Of a stretch of 64,000 bases of DNA, positions 1-11,765 are shown piece by piece. The first letter of the stretch is position 1, and each line of letters opens with the position of its first letter. The position numbers and the translations under genes are program-made. The notes beneath the pieces are model-generated. The model worked only from the letters and a program-made list of their open reading frames with translations. It was not told the origin of the DNA and did not search any database. The stretch comes from Mobula hypostoma (Eukaryota), in assembly GCF_963921235.1 (NCBI RefSeq), contig NC_086097.1, positions 167,278,001-167,342,000 of the forward strand. Reading direction: 5' to 3'.

Positions 1-119
1 AGTGCTGTGCCAGGCTGCCCACTGAATTTACAAGTGTACAAAATGACTTCACTCTGTAATGAGCTTAATTGCCTGTACATGCTTCTGAAGATTTGAAAGG
101 GCCAAAAGGTCACCAATAA

Positions 120-300
120 AATGGTGCATTGATACTGCACTTAAGCGCTGCAATTCACAGCACCAGTCGCCCAGGTTCAATCCCCATGTGCTCTCTGTGC
201 ACAGATAGCACATTCTCGCTGTGACAAATTGTGTTTTGCTGGTTTTCTCCCATATACCAGTGGCATACTGATGGGTTAGCTGGTTACCATAAATTATTAT
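120..300 (+). mobile_element. Degenerate tRNA-derived V-SINE/HE1-like SINE fragment
   Basis: B-box-like GGTTCAATCCC near 174-184, followed by a decayed V-SINE-like core (cattctcgctgtgac...ttttctcccatat). Confidence 0.45.
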
Positions 301-397
301 AGGGCAGTGGCAAAAGAATCAAAGAAGAGTTGGCAGGAGAGTCTAAATTTCAGGAATGGGAGGTTACTCTGCAGGAAGCCAGCATGAACACAAAGAG

Positions 398-660
398 CTT
401 TATTTGTCACCTGTACATCAAAACATGCACTGAAGTGCATCATTTGCAGCAAATCAAATCAGTGAGGATTGCGCTGGGCAGCCTGCAAGTGTTGCCATGT
501 TTCCAGGGCCAACATAGCATGCCCACAACTCACTAACTCTAAGCATACATCTTTGGAATGAGGGAAGAAACTGGAGCACCCAGAGGAAACCCATGTGATC
601 ATGGGGAGAATGTACAAAGGCCTTACAGACACCAGTAGGAACTTTGAACTTACAACTGAA
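398..660 (-). mobile_element. V-SINE-like SINE with Rex1-like 3' tail
   Basis: Reverse complement matches 8530-8797: core gaaactggagcacccagaggaaacccatgtgatcatggggagaatgtacaaa and tail tgtacaggtgacaaataaagc. Confidence 0.6.
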
Positions 661-1097
661 GCTGTAAGATCATAATTTTAAACTCCTACTTTGTAATTCT
701 CATCAATTATCTTCACATCTTTTAGTTTCATTTATTCTTTTCTAAATACCTTTAGTTTTATTTTAATTTTTGGAATAATCGTTGCTGGTTTTCTTTGCAC
801 CATTTCCAATGCACCAACTAGGGGCTGACAAGTACATATTAAGTATCAGTATCTGGGAAGTTGCAGTGAATATGTTTACCACAGTTTTGACTCTGAGTCA
901 AACTAACACAGTTAATGCCTTTCTATTTACCTACCATTTCCACTGACTCACCCAAAGTTCTCAGTGGATCATCTCCTGTAATGTCTTGGCCACTCTTTCC
1001 TTATTTAAATCACTTGCTGTATCTTCTATTTTTTGTGAATTTTACTGGCAAGGCCTAATGCATCCTTAATTGCCCCTTACTCCATTTTGGAGTCAAC

Positions 1098-1222
1098 CCA
1101 ATGAAGGGTCTTAACCTGAAATGCTGACTATTTCTCTCCATAGATGCTGCCTGACCCAATGAGTTGCTTCAGGAGATTGGATTTTGCTGTCGATTCTGGC
1201 ATCTACCATCTCTCATGTCTCC
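1098..1222 (+). mobile_element. Penelope-like element (PLE) terminal repeat remnant
   Basis: atgaagggtcttaacctgaaatgctgac...tagatgctgcctgacc, a decayed copy of the motif at 5421-5515. Confidence 0.6.
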
Positions 1223-1339
1223 AGGGCAGCCACATTGCTAGGGGCTGGTGTGATATATAAGCTAGAATGGCATCTTGACAGTGAATCAGAGAAATTTTAA
1301 TGAAACTCTGGTAGTTCACTGGTCACCATTTATTTAATT

Positions 1340-1506
1340 TGGGTAGCATGAGAAATAGAGCTAACATTTCAGGTTACTGATCCTTTGTTAGAACCTGAAA
1401 TGTTGATCACTCCTTCCATCCCAGAGATGCTACTCAGTCTGCTGAGTTCCTTGAGCAGATTGTTTGTTGCTCCAGATATCAGTGTCTGTAGTCTCTTGAG
1501 TCTCCA
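1340..1506. mobile_element. Old PLE terminal fragments in inverted arrangement
   Basis: aacatttcaggtt (1363-1375) and aacctgaaatgtt (1392-1404) form an inverted repeat, followed by gatgctactcagtctgctgagttccttgagc. Confidence 0.5.
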
Positions 1507-3393
1507 AGAGGAAAGAAGCAAGTGGATTTTAAAATTGCAGAGAGGTTTTGGGGTGAGATGTACAGAACTATATCAGATGAGGCTAGGTAAATGAGGTCTT
1601 CAAAACAATGGGTTAATAAATGAAGTTAAAGAGCAAAGGATCTTGAAATCTATGAGATGAGTGTAGAGAATCAGAACACAAAGCAATGTAAAAGTGCCCA
1701 AGCAATAGAGAGAGGAAACACTGAGCCACTGTCCCAGCTGAATGACCTGGCCTTTTAGGTTAGGAGAAAGGAAGTTACTTGAAATTTAAAAAAAAATTTG
1801 TTAAATCACATCCCCTGTAGTCTGCTGTGCAAATTTCACCACCAAGACATTGAGGGACAGATAGGCAGGCAGATTAAGTAAAGGTGTAAATTCAATAGCG
1901 TTGTTGTCATGGGGGACTTCAACTTAGACCATCAGGCCTTTTAACATTTGAAATGTTTCTGAGATTCCGCCCCCCCCCCCACCCCATTCTCCTGAACTCC
2001 AGGGAATACGGCCCAAGAGCTGTCAAACATTCCTCATACAGTAACCCTTTCATTCCTGGAATCATTCTCGTGAATCTTCTCCGAACTCTCTCCAATGCCA
2101 GTATATCCTTTCTAAAATAAGGAGCTCACAACTACACAAAATACTCAAAGTATGGTCTCATGAGTGCCTTATAGAGACTCAATATCACATCCCTGCTCTT
2201 ATATTCTATACCTCTAGAAACGAATGCCAACATTGCATTCACCTTCTTCAATACCAACTCAACCTGGAGGTTAACCTTTAGGGTATCCTGCACAAGGACT
2301 CCCAAGTTCCTTTGCATCGCTGCATTTTGAATTCTCTCCCCATCTAAATAATAGTTTGCCAGTTTACTTCTTCCACCAAAGTGCATGACCATACACTTTC
2401 CAACATTGTATTTCATTTGCCACTTCTTTGCCCATTCCCCTAAACTATCTAAGTCTCTCTGCAGGCTCTCTGTTTCCTCAACACTATCTGCTCCTCCACC
2501 TATCTTTGTATCATTGGCAAATTTAGCCACAAATCCATTCATCCCATGGACCAAATCATGGACATACATCGTAAAAAGCAACGGTCCCAACACCAACCCC
2601 TGTGGAACTGCACTGGTAACTGGCAGCCAGCCAGAATAGGCTCCCTTTATTCCCACTCTCTGTTTTCTGCCAATCAGCCAATGCTCCACCCATACTAGTA
2701 ACTCCCCTGTAATTCCATGGGCTCTTATCTTGCTAAGCAGCCTCATGTGTGACACCTTGTCAAAGACCTTCTGAAAATCCAAGTACACCATATCTACACT
2801 ATCTTTTTTGACTACCCTGCCTGTAGTTTCCTCAAAAAATTGCAGTAGGTTTGTCAGGCAGGACTTTCCTTTCAGGAAACCATGCTGGCTTTGGCCTATC
2901 TTGTCATGTGCCTCCAGGTATTCTGTAACCTCAACCCTTACAATTGATTCCAACAACTTTCCAACCACTGATGTCAGGCTAACAGGTCTATAGTTTCCTT
3001 TCTGCTGCCTCCCACTCTTCTTAAATAGTGTAGAAACATTTGCAGTTTTCCAGTCATCCGGTACAATGCCAGAATCTATCAATTCTTGAAAGATCGTTGT
3101 TAATGCCTCCGCAATCTCTCCAGCTACTTCCTTCAGAACCTGAGGGTGCATTCCATCAGGTCCAGGAGAATTATCCACCCTCAGACCATTAAACTTCCTG
3201 AGCACCTTCTCAGTTGTAATTTTCACTGCACAAACTTCACTTCCCTGACACACTTGAATGTCCTGTATACTGCAGGTGTCTTCCACTGTGAAGACTGATG
3301 CAAAATACGCATTCAGCTCCTCTGCCATCTCTGCGTCTCTCATTACAATATCTCCAGTGTCATTTTCTATTGGTTCTATATCTACCCTTGACT

Positions 3394-5183
3394 TGACGAG
3401 CAAGAGGATAAGATGTGAGAGAATAGGACCAATCAAGTGTACAGTGGAAAAGTGCATATGGAACTGGAGGAGATAGCAGAGGTACCTAATGAGTACTTTG
3501 CTTCAGTATTCACTACGGAAAAGGATTTTGGTGACTGTAGGGATGACTTACAGTGGATTGAAAAGCTTTAGTATGTAGATATTAAGAAAGAGGATGTGCT
3601 GGAGCTTTTGGAAAGCATCAAGTTGGATAAGTCACCGGGACTGGATGAGATGTACCCCAGGTTAATGTGGGAGGTGAGGGAGGAAATTGCTGAGCCTCTG
3701 GCAATGATCTTTGCATCATCAATGGGGATGGAAGAGAATCTGGAGGATTGGAGGGTTGCGGATGTTGTTCCTTATTCAAGAAAGGGAGTAGAGATAGCCC
3801 AGGAAAATATAGACCTGTGAGTCTTACTTCAGTGGTTGGTAAGTTGATGGAGAAGATCCCAAGAGGCAGGATTTATAAATATTTGGAGAGGTATAATATG
3901 ATTAGGAATAGTCAGCGTGGCTTTGTGAAAGGCTGGTTGTGCCTTATGGGCCTGATTGAATTTTTTGAGGATGTGACTAAACACATTGATGAAGGTAGAG
4001 CAGTAGATGTAGTGTATATGGACTTCAGCAAGGCATTTGACAAGATACCCCATGCGAGGCTTATTGAGAAAGCAAGGAGGCATGGGATCCAAGGGGACAT
4101 TGCTTTGTGGATCCAAAACTGGCTTGCCCACAGAAGTGGTTGTAGATAAGTCATATTCTGCATGGAGTTCGGTCACCAGTGAAGTGCCTTGGGGATCTGT
4201 TCTGGGACCCTTACTCTTCGTGATTTTTATAAATGACCTGGATGAGGAAGTGGAGGGATGGGTTAGTAAATTTGCTGATGGCACAAAGGTTGGGGTGTTG
4301 TGGATAGTGCGGAGGGCTGTCAGAGGTTACAGCAAGACATTGATAGGATGCAAAACTGGGCTGAGAAGTGACAGATGGAGTTCAACCCAGGTAAGTGTGA
4401 AGTGGTTCATTTTGGTAGGTCAAATATGATGGCAGAATATAGTATCAATGGTAAGACTCTTGGCTGGGTGGAGGATCAGAGGGATCTTGTGGTTTGAGTC
4501 CATAGGACACTCAAAGCTGCTACGTAGGTTGATTCTGTGGTGAAGAAGGCATACAGTGCATTGGCCTTCACCAATCATGGGATTGAGTTTAAGAGCCGAG
4601 AGGTAATGTTACAGCTATATAGGACGCTGTTCAGACCCTATTTGGAGTACTGCGCTCACTTCTGGCCATCTCACTACAGGAAGGATGTAAAAAACTATAG
4701 AAAGGGTGCAGAGGAGATTTACAAGGATGTTGCCTGGATTGAAGAGCATGCCTTATGAGAATAGGTTGAGTGAACTTGGTCTTTTTCCTTGGAGTGATGG
4801 AGGATGAGAGGTGACCTGATAGAGGTGTATAAGATGATGAGAGGCATTGATCATGTGCTTCGTCAGAGGTTTCTTCCCAGGGCTGAAATGGCTATCACAA
4901 GAGGGCACATTTTTAAGGTGCTTGGAAGAAGGTACAGAGGAGATGTCAGGGGTAAGTTTTTTATGCAGAGAGTGCTGAGTGTGTGGAATGGGCTGCTGGC
5001 AACAGCGGTGGAGGCGGATACGATAGGGTCTTTTAAGAGACTCCTGGACAGGTGCATGGAGCTCAGAAAAATAGATAATATGGGTAACCCTAGGTAATTT
5101 CTAAGGTCAGGACAAGTTCGGCACAGCTTTGTGGGCCAAAGGGCCTGTATTGTACTATAGGTTTTCTATGTTTCTTCTATGTT
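3394..5183 (+). mobile_element. 5'-truncated CR1 LINE (element B) nested in A
   Basis: Frameshifted RT pieces (SPGLDEMYPRL, YRPVSLTSVVGKL, MDFSKAFDKIPH, KFADGTK) and a 3' tail of ttctatgttt repeats. Element A is contiguous across the insertion. Confidence 0.9.
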
Positions 5184-5298
5184 TCTCTTTTGCCCTTTAA
5201 TTACTTAAAAAAGCTTTTAGTATCTTCTTTGATATTAGTTGCCAGCTTCCTTTCATAATTCATCTTTTCCTTCCTCATGACCTTCTTAGTTTCCTTCT

Positions 5299-5515
5299 CA
5301 ACAGGAATTCTGCAGATGCTGGAAATTCAAGCAACATACATCAAAGTTGCTGGTGAACGCAGCAGGCCAGGCAGCATCTATAGGAAGAAGCGCAGTCGAC
5401 GTTTCAGGCCGAGACCAGTCCTGACGAAGGGTCTCGGCCTGAAACGTCGACTGCGCTTCTTCCTATAGATGCTGCCTGGCCTGCTGCGTTCACCAGCAAC
5501 TTTGATGTATGTTGC
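5299..5515. mobile_element. Palindromic non-autonomous PLE-derived insertion with 12-bp TSD
   Basis: Perfect 87-bp inverted repeat (5330-5416 / 5430-5516) with a 13-nt loop. TAGTTTCCTTCT is duplicated at 5287-5298 and 5516-5527. Confidence 0.85.
5416..5453 (+). ncRNA. Minimal type I hammerhead ribozyme motif
   Basis: Stem I CAGUC (5416-5420)/GACUG (5449-5453), core CUGACGA (5421-5427), stem II AGG/CCU, GAAA (5441-5444), palindromic ACGU helix III, GUC triplet at 5446-5448. Confidence 0.8.
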
Positions 5516-8500
5516 TAGTTTCCTTCTGCAAGTTTTTAAAAGCTTCCCAATCCTCTATCTTCCCATTAGCTTTGGCTTCCTTGTATGTCCTCTCTTTTGC
5601 TTTTACTTTGGCTCTGACTTCACTTGTCAGCCACGGTAGTGTCCTTCTTCCATTTGAAAATTTCTTCTTATTTGGAATATACCTGTCTTGCACTTTCCTC
5701 ATTTTTCGCCCATTGCTGCTCTACTTTCCTTCCTGCTAGTATCCCCTTTCCAGTCAACCTTGGCCAGTTCTCTCTCATGCCATTGTAATTTCCTTTATTC
5801 CTCTGAAATACTGACACATTGGAATTTAGTTCCTCCTCAAATTTCAAAGTGAACTCAATTATATTGTGATCACTGTTCCCTAAGTGTTCCTTAACCTTAA
5901 GCTCTTTTATTACCTCCAAATCATTGCACAACACCCAATCCAGCACAGCCAATCCCCTAGTGGGTTTAACAACTTCCCTAATGTAAACTGGGACCTTCTA
6001 AGTGCAAGTGAATTAGATCAGGCAGAATATGTTGGGTGCATCAAGGAGGGTTTCTTAAATCAATATGTAGGTAGTCCAACAGAGGAGATGGTGGATCTGG
6101 TGTGGGCAATGAGCCTGCCAGGTGGCCAACCTGTCAGTGAATGAGCAGTTAGGGTACAGTGACCCCAATTCTTTAAGTTTTAAGGTAGCTGTAGATAAGG
6201 ATGAGTACAGATATCGTTGGGAGAGTATTAAACTGGAGCTGAACAAATTACAAGAGCATTAGGCAAGAAGTAGAGAGAGTTAATTGGGAATAGTTATTTT
6301 TGGGTATATCTACATGTGACATGTGGAGGGTGTTTCAAGAGCAAATGCACAGAGTACAGTTCATATATGTTCCAGTGAGAAGGGAGGGCAAAGATGGCAA
6401 GGTAAGAGAACCTTGGATGTTGAGGGAGGTGATGGATTTGGTCAAGAAGAAAAAGAGCAAGCATATAAAATATAAGAAGCTAGAATGAAACAAAGCCCTT
6501 GATGATTATAAGAAGCTAAAAAAGAACTCAAGAAAAGACTTGGGAAAGCCAAGAGGAGCTATTAAAAGTCCTTAGTAAGTAATATTACTGAGTAAGCAAA
6601 TACTTCGTAAGAAAATCCCAAGGCGTTCTATACAGTACATATATGAGAAGCAGGAGGATAAAGAGGGAGAGGATGGGATGAGGGAGAGGGGAACATTTGC
6701 TTGGATGTGAAAATGTGGGTGAGGTCCTTAATGAGTACTTTACCTCAGAGAAGGACACGGAGGGTAGGGAGATCAGTACTGAGGGTATGGATATGCTAGG
6801 GCATTTTGAAATAAAGGGGTAGGTAGTGTTGGATCTCTTAAAGAGCAGTAAGGTGGATAGGTCCCCAGAACCTGATGGATGTACCCCAGGCAAGTTATTG
6901 AGAGAGGCAAGTGAAGAGATTGCTGAGACCTTGACCAATATCCTTGAGTCCACCAGTCCTGGAAGACTGGTGAGTGGCTAATGTTTTTTTTTCCATTTTG
7001 TAGAAGGGAACCAGGGATGATCCTAGAACCTATGGACTAGTGGGTCTCACATCAATGGTAAAGAAAAGAATTCTTAGGGATATGATTTATGAGCATTTGG
7101 AAAATCATGGAGTAATTTGGGAGAGGCATTATGCCTTTGTGTAGGGCAAATTGTGTGTTACTAACTTGATTGAGTTTTTTGTTGCGGTGATGAGGGTGGT
7201 TGATGAAAGTAGAGCTGTAGATGGTGCCAACATAGATTTTAGTAAGGCACTTGACAGGGTCCCCCATGGCGGGCTCACCCAGAAGATTAAGGTGCATAGG
7301 ATCAGTGGTGAATTGGCCACTTAGATTCAGAATTGGCTTGCTCATAGGAGACAAAGGGTGGTGGTCAAAGGGACTTATTCTAACTGGAGATCTGTGATTA
7401 ATGGTTTTCAGGCAGGGATCTGTACTAGGACCCCTGCTGTTTGTGATGTATATAAATGACCAAGATGAAAATGTAGATGGGTGGGTTAGTAAGTTTGCAG
7501 ATGATATGAAGATTGGTCATGTTATGGATAGCATAGAAGACTGACAAAGAATACAACAGAATATAGATCAGTTGCAGATATGGGCAGAGAAATGGCAGAC
7601 AGAGTTTAACCCAGCTGTATGTGAAGTGTTGCAGCTTAGCAGGTCAAATGTGAGGAGACAGTACACTGTTAAGGGCAAGACCCTTAACAGTACTGATGAA
7701 CAGAGGGATCTTGAGGTCAAAGTTCATAGCTACCTGAAGTTGGCTACACAGGTTGAGAGGGTGGTTAAGAAGGTAAATGGCATGCTTGTCTTTATTACTA
7801 GAGGCATTGAGTTCAAAAGTCAGGAAGTTATATTGAAGTTTTATAAAACTCTACTTAGGTCGCATCTGGAGTATCACATGCAGTTTTGGTCACCCCACTA
7901 TAGGAAGGATGTTGAGGCTTTGGATGGTGCAGAAGAGGTTTACCAGGACTATAACTACACTATAGTCTATACTATAACAACAGGTTGGACAAACTTGGGT
8001 TGCTTCCCCTGGAGCAATGGAAGCTAAGGGAAGATCTGATAGAGGTTCATGAGAGGCACAGATAGAGAAGACTATATTTTTTCCCCAGGGTTGAAATATC
8101 TAATACCAGAGAGCATGCATTTAAGGTAAGAGGGGTAATTTTAAAGCAGATTTGAGGGAGATTTTTTTTTTACACAGACAGTAGTGGGTGCCTGTTTTGT
8201 GCTGCCAGATACATTAGGGACTTTTCAAAGACATCTAGATAGGCACATGAATATATGGAATATGGAGGGATGTGGATATTGTGTAGGTGGAAGAGAATTG
8301 TTTAGTTAGCCGTTTGATTACAAATGTAATTGGTTCGATACAACATGTTGATGAAGGCCCTGCTGCTGTGCTGTACTGCTGTATGTTCTATGAAATTACC
8401 AAATGAAGTAGCAATTGCTGTTACATATTCAACACCACATCTGTCAGTCTTTTTTCTACTGTTAACATTTCCCATATTCTCTGGAATTTCATTGACATTG

Positions 8501-8529
8501 GAAAGGTTTTGGTGAAGGTCCAAGCAGGG

Positions 8530-8797
8530 AGTGGCACAGTAGCATAGTGGCTCATGTAACACCTAACAGTGCCGGCGGTCGGGATTCAATTCTGCCACGG
8601 TTTGTAGGGAATTTGTAGGTTCTCCTTGTGACCAAGTGAGTTTCCTCATGGTGCTCCAAGTACCTCCCGCTTTCCAAAGATATACCGATTAGAAAGGGTT
8701 AGCAAGCTGTGGGCATGCTATTTAGGTGGCGGAAGCAGGACAACACCCGCACACTACACCCAGTAAATGTACATGTGACAAATAGAGCTAATCTTTA
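8530..8797 (+). mobile_element. tRNA-derived V-SINE-like SINE with Rex1-like tail
   Basis: A box TAGCATAGTGG (8540-8550), B box GGATTCAATTC (8582-8592), V-like core, tail gtacatgtgacaaatagagctaatct. Confidence 0.7.
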
Positions 8798-8954
8798 AAA
8801 GTAAACTATAGCCTAGAGATTTTCTAATTTTTGTAGGATCCTCAAATCTTGTCAAGTAGTTCTGCTAACAAGAGCCCTTTCAATTTATTCCACCAGTCGA
8901 CACTGGGTGGTTACTCTTGTAATATTGCATTTTTTTTTTCGTTTAGTGCTAAGA

Positions 8955-9370
8955 TTAATCAGCTCCATCATGGGTACCAGCCTCCGTAGTATCCAAGACA
9001 TCTTCAAGGAGCAGTGCCTTGGGAAGGTGGCGTCCAACATTAAGGATGCTCACCACCCAGAATGCCCTCTTCTCATTCTGACCATCAGGAAGAAGGTACA
9101 GAAGCATGAAGGCACATATTCAGCAACTGAGGAACAGCTTCTTCCCCTCTCCCATCCAATTTGTAAATGGACATTAAACCCATGAACACTACCTCACTAC
9201 TTTTTTTTTGCACTACTTGTTTTAACTTAATTATTAAATAGACTTTCGGTATATATACACTGTAATTCTGTTTTTTCTCTATTTATTTATCATGTATTTC
9301 ATTGTACTGCTGCTGTAAAGTTAACAAATTTCACAACATATGGCGGTGATATTAAACTGATTCTGATTCT
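8955..9370 (+). mobile_element. Rex1/Babar-type LINE 3' fragment
   Basis: Translates as SSIMGTSLRSIQDIFKEQCLGKVASNIKDAHHP, the typical ORF C-terminus, and ends in a (CTGATT)n tail. Confidence 0.7.
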
Positions 9371-9459
9371 GGTATAAGGAGCCTACAGTTACCGGATTTG
9401 AACATTCTCTTTCCTTTTAAACATTGTGAGTATACCAGTATAATTACCTGGTATAATAA

Positions 9460-9662
9460 GGTGAACTCTTGACCTCGCAATCTACCTCATAATGATCTTG
9501 CACTTTCTCTGTGGCTTTTATACTTTATTCTACAATTTTCAATTATTCTATCTTGTTCTGCCTGTGTAATGATATGAACTGTATGAAAAGTATGCAATAG
9601 AAGTTTTTCATTGTGTCTTGATACATGTGACAATAATAAACCAATTTCAATTCCAATCCCAA
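9460..9662 (+). mobile_element. Rex1-type LINE 3' UTR fragment
   Basis: tacatgtgacaataataaaccaatttcaattccaat tail, similar to other Rex1 tails in the window. Confidence 0.5.
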
Positions 9663-11139
9663 GTCCATAGATCCCCATTGGTCAATGGTTCTTCAGCACA
9701 GATCTCCAGATAGGCCTCAGGATGGATGCTATTTGGCTCATGGAAATTTGATCCTTTAAATCAATACCTTGATATTCCTGATAATAAAGCTATTTATATA
9801 GTAATTATTAAAGTACATTGTAGAGATTTAAAAGAGGTTAAAAAAGGATTGCACTTTGTATAGAGCCTTGCACAACCACAGGACTTCTAAAGAGCTTTAC
9901 GGTTAATGAATGCATCATGAAGTTTAGTCACTGTTGTAATGGAGGAAACATCGCAGTCAATTTTCAGGAAACTCCTACGTAAAGCAATGTGATAAGGATC
10001 ACAGAATCTGTTTCTGTCAGTTGTAGTTAAGGAGTAACTCCAGATGCTGATGACTGAGGTTTAAATAGAAATGTTGGGAATACAGAGCTGGTAAAATAGC
10101 GCTGATAATGTAATATTAACCAGAATGTTGCAACGTATCCTTTCACCATGCATTTCTGATAACTTAAGTTTTATTTAGTTCCTCCAAATTCTAACATGCA
10201 GCTAATGATGATACATAGGAATTAAGGTATGTGTAAAATTGATTGGAAAATTCGTGCACTGGCTTGGATATTAACCCCTTCACCCAGTCGAAATACTATG
10301 TAAAAAGGGTTGAAGTCTTAAAAACTCCACTTCATTCCCATGTTTCTACTAAAGTTTGAAAAGAGTCTCCATCCTTTCTCAAACCCAACCCCCCCACATC
10401 CCCAAATCTACCTGCAAGTGTTTTTGTGGCAAATCCCTACTCTTGCAGTGAATTTGCCCAGTATTTGGGTGGGACTCAAGACATCTTTAATTAAGTGATA
10501 TCAAGTTGGTGGCTCATCTCCCCAGGGCCTCTGAGTGGATGATTTTTCTCTTCTCCACCCACTTTCTCAGCTGAGAATTTGGCATTAGGTATAGAGATCA
10601 CATCAAAAAGCATAATAATTTCATCACTTAGCTCATATTTTTAACTTTGCTGGAACAATGATATTGACCTTACTTTTAGACTTCAAAGTAAGTTATTACC
10701 AAAATAATGTTACAACCATCAAACTGGTTAATCCATTTACTACTTTTAACTGTTGGAACATTAGACAGTTAACTACAGGCAATGCCATTTTTGATGAAGA
10801 CATGAATAGCTTTTTATTCAAAGATGAATGTTCCTTTCATTCCAAAACACTTTTAAATACAGTACTCCACATTGGGATTTCTTCCCTCCCTGTGGATGTA
10901 CACCAACCTAATTTTCTTTTGTACTCATTCAAGGGATGTGGACTTCTCCGGCTGAGCCAGCATTTGATTATTAATCCCCCGGTGCCCTTTAACCTGGTGT
11001 TAAGCTGCTTTCTTGAACCCTACCCATAAAGCCTAATGTTTTGAAAAAGTACCTCAGCCAGTGGTTGCAGTAAAGCAATCCTTTATATTACCCATCTGGT
11101 TATTTTTGGCTTTTGGTCTTTACTCACAAAATGTATGTA

Positions 11140-11665
11140 TGGGGTACATGGGGTGTCCAGGGAGGGGTAGCACCTCTGGTGAAGGGGCTTGTCATGTCCT
11201 TTCCAGGGCAGCTCACACACTTTACTTCCCCAACAGACACTAAGCTCTCACCCATGGCTCCGAGTAGCTGTTTGCATGCAACAGCAGCTGTCCACCACTT
11301 CGACAGGCGGGCCAAACCGGAGTGAGGGTAGCAGGCAGCCGCATACCCCAGTGAGATAGGGACGTGCCTGCACTAGCATGTGAAGTCGGCTCAGGTGGAC
11401 TGGCAGGCGATACCTACCGTGAAATCCAACAGCCAGGATGGTGGTACTGCACACTCCATGGAGAGCGAAGGGCATGACAAGGCACAGAAGATGTCATGGT
11501 CATCCACTGCAACCAAGGAAGACCCCAGCTTGTGATGACTGCTCGTACTACTGGACCTGGACTTCTAAGATCAAGAAGAGTGAAACTGCCCAAGTGCAAC
11601 AACTTTTCCACTTTAAAAGCTCTTCTGTACAGGTTTCCCGTCATCCTGATGGACAACCACCACAA
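11140..11665 (+). mobile_element. Non-coding element resembling an RTE-clade LINE 5' UTR
   Basis: ggtgaaggggcttgtcatgtcc...cagctctcacc...gtagctgtttgca. A second copy lies on the minus strand at 19500-19692. The RTE resemblance is from memory of the family, not from a search. Confidence 0.45.
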
Positions 11666-11765
11666 GGTGTAAGATCATGAAGTGATTTAAATCAAAATCA
11701 ATTCTATTTGTACTTCTACTGAGGTCTTCACCTTTACAATATATAAGAGTTGTATGTCTCAAATC

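Larger units (their letters stand above)
1926..5969 (-). mobile_element. CR1 LINE fragment (element A) nested in C, itself interrupted by B and a PLE palindrome
   Basis: ORF 2132..3457 has CR1 RT motifs (NYRPVSLTS, QHGFLKGKSC, LDFQKVFDKV, VPQG, KFANDTK). Upstream ORF2 pieces lie at 5490-5952. CAACTT is repeated at 1920-1925 and 5970-5975. Confidence 0.9.
1825..8392 (+). mobile_element. Old CR1 LINE (element C), interrupted at 1926-5969
   Basis: The APE endonuclease reading VVVMGDFN at ~1900-1925 resumes as NFPNVNWDLL at 5971. Decayed RT remnants lie at 6900-8030 and the 3' tail ctgtgctgtactgctgtatgttctatg ends at 8392. Confidence 0.8.

Noticed and set aside
2132..3457. 441-aa ORF as a functional gene
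   Set aside because: CR1 RT fragment with a damaged catalytic motif (FAND). Its N-terminus runs into the antisense strand of element B.
8540..8600. tRNA gene
   Set aside because: The A and B boxes belong to a SINE head, and there is no complete cloverleaf.
10179..10226. Plus-strand exon-like segment with good AG and GTATGT signals
   Set aside because: Stop codons in all three frames and no other support.
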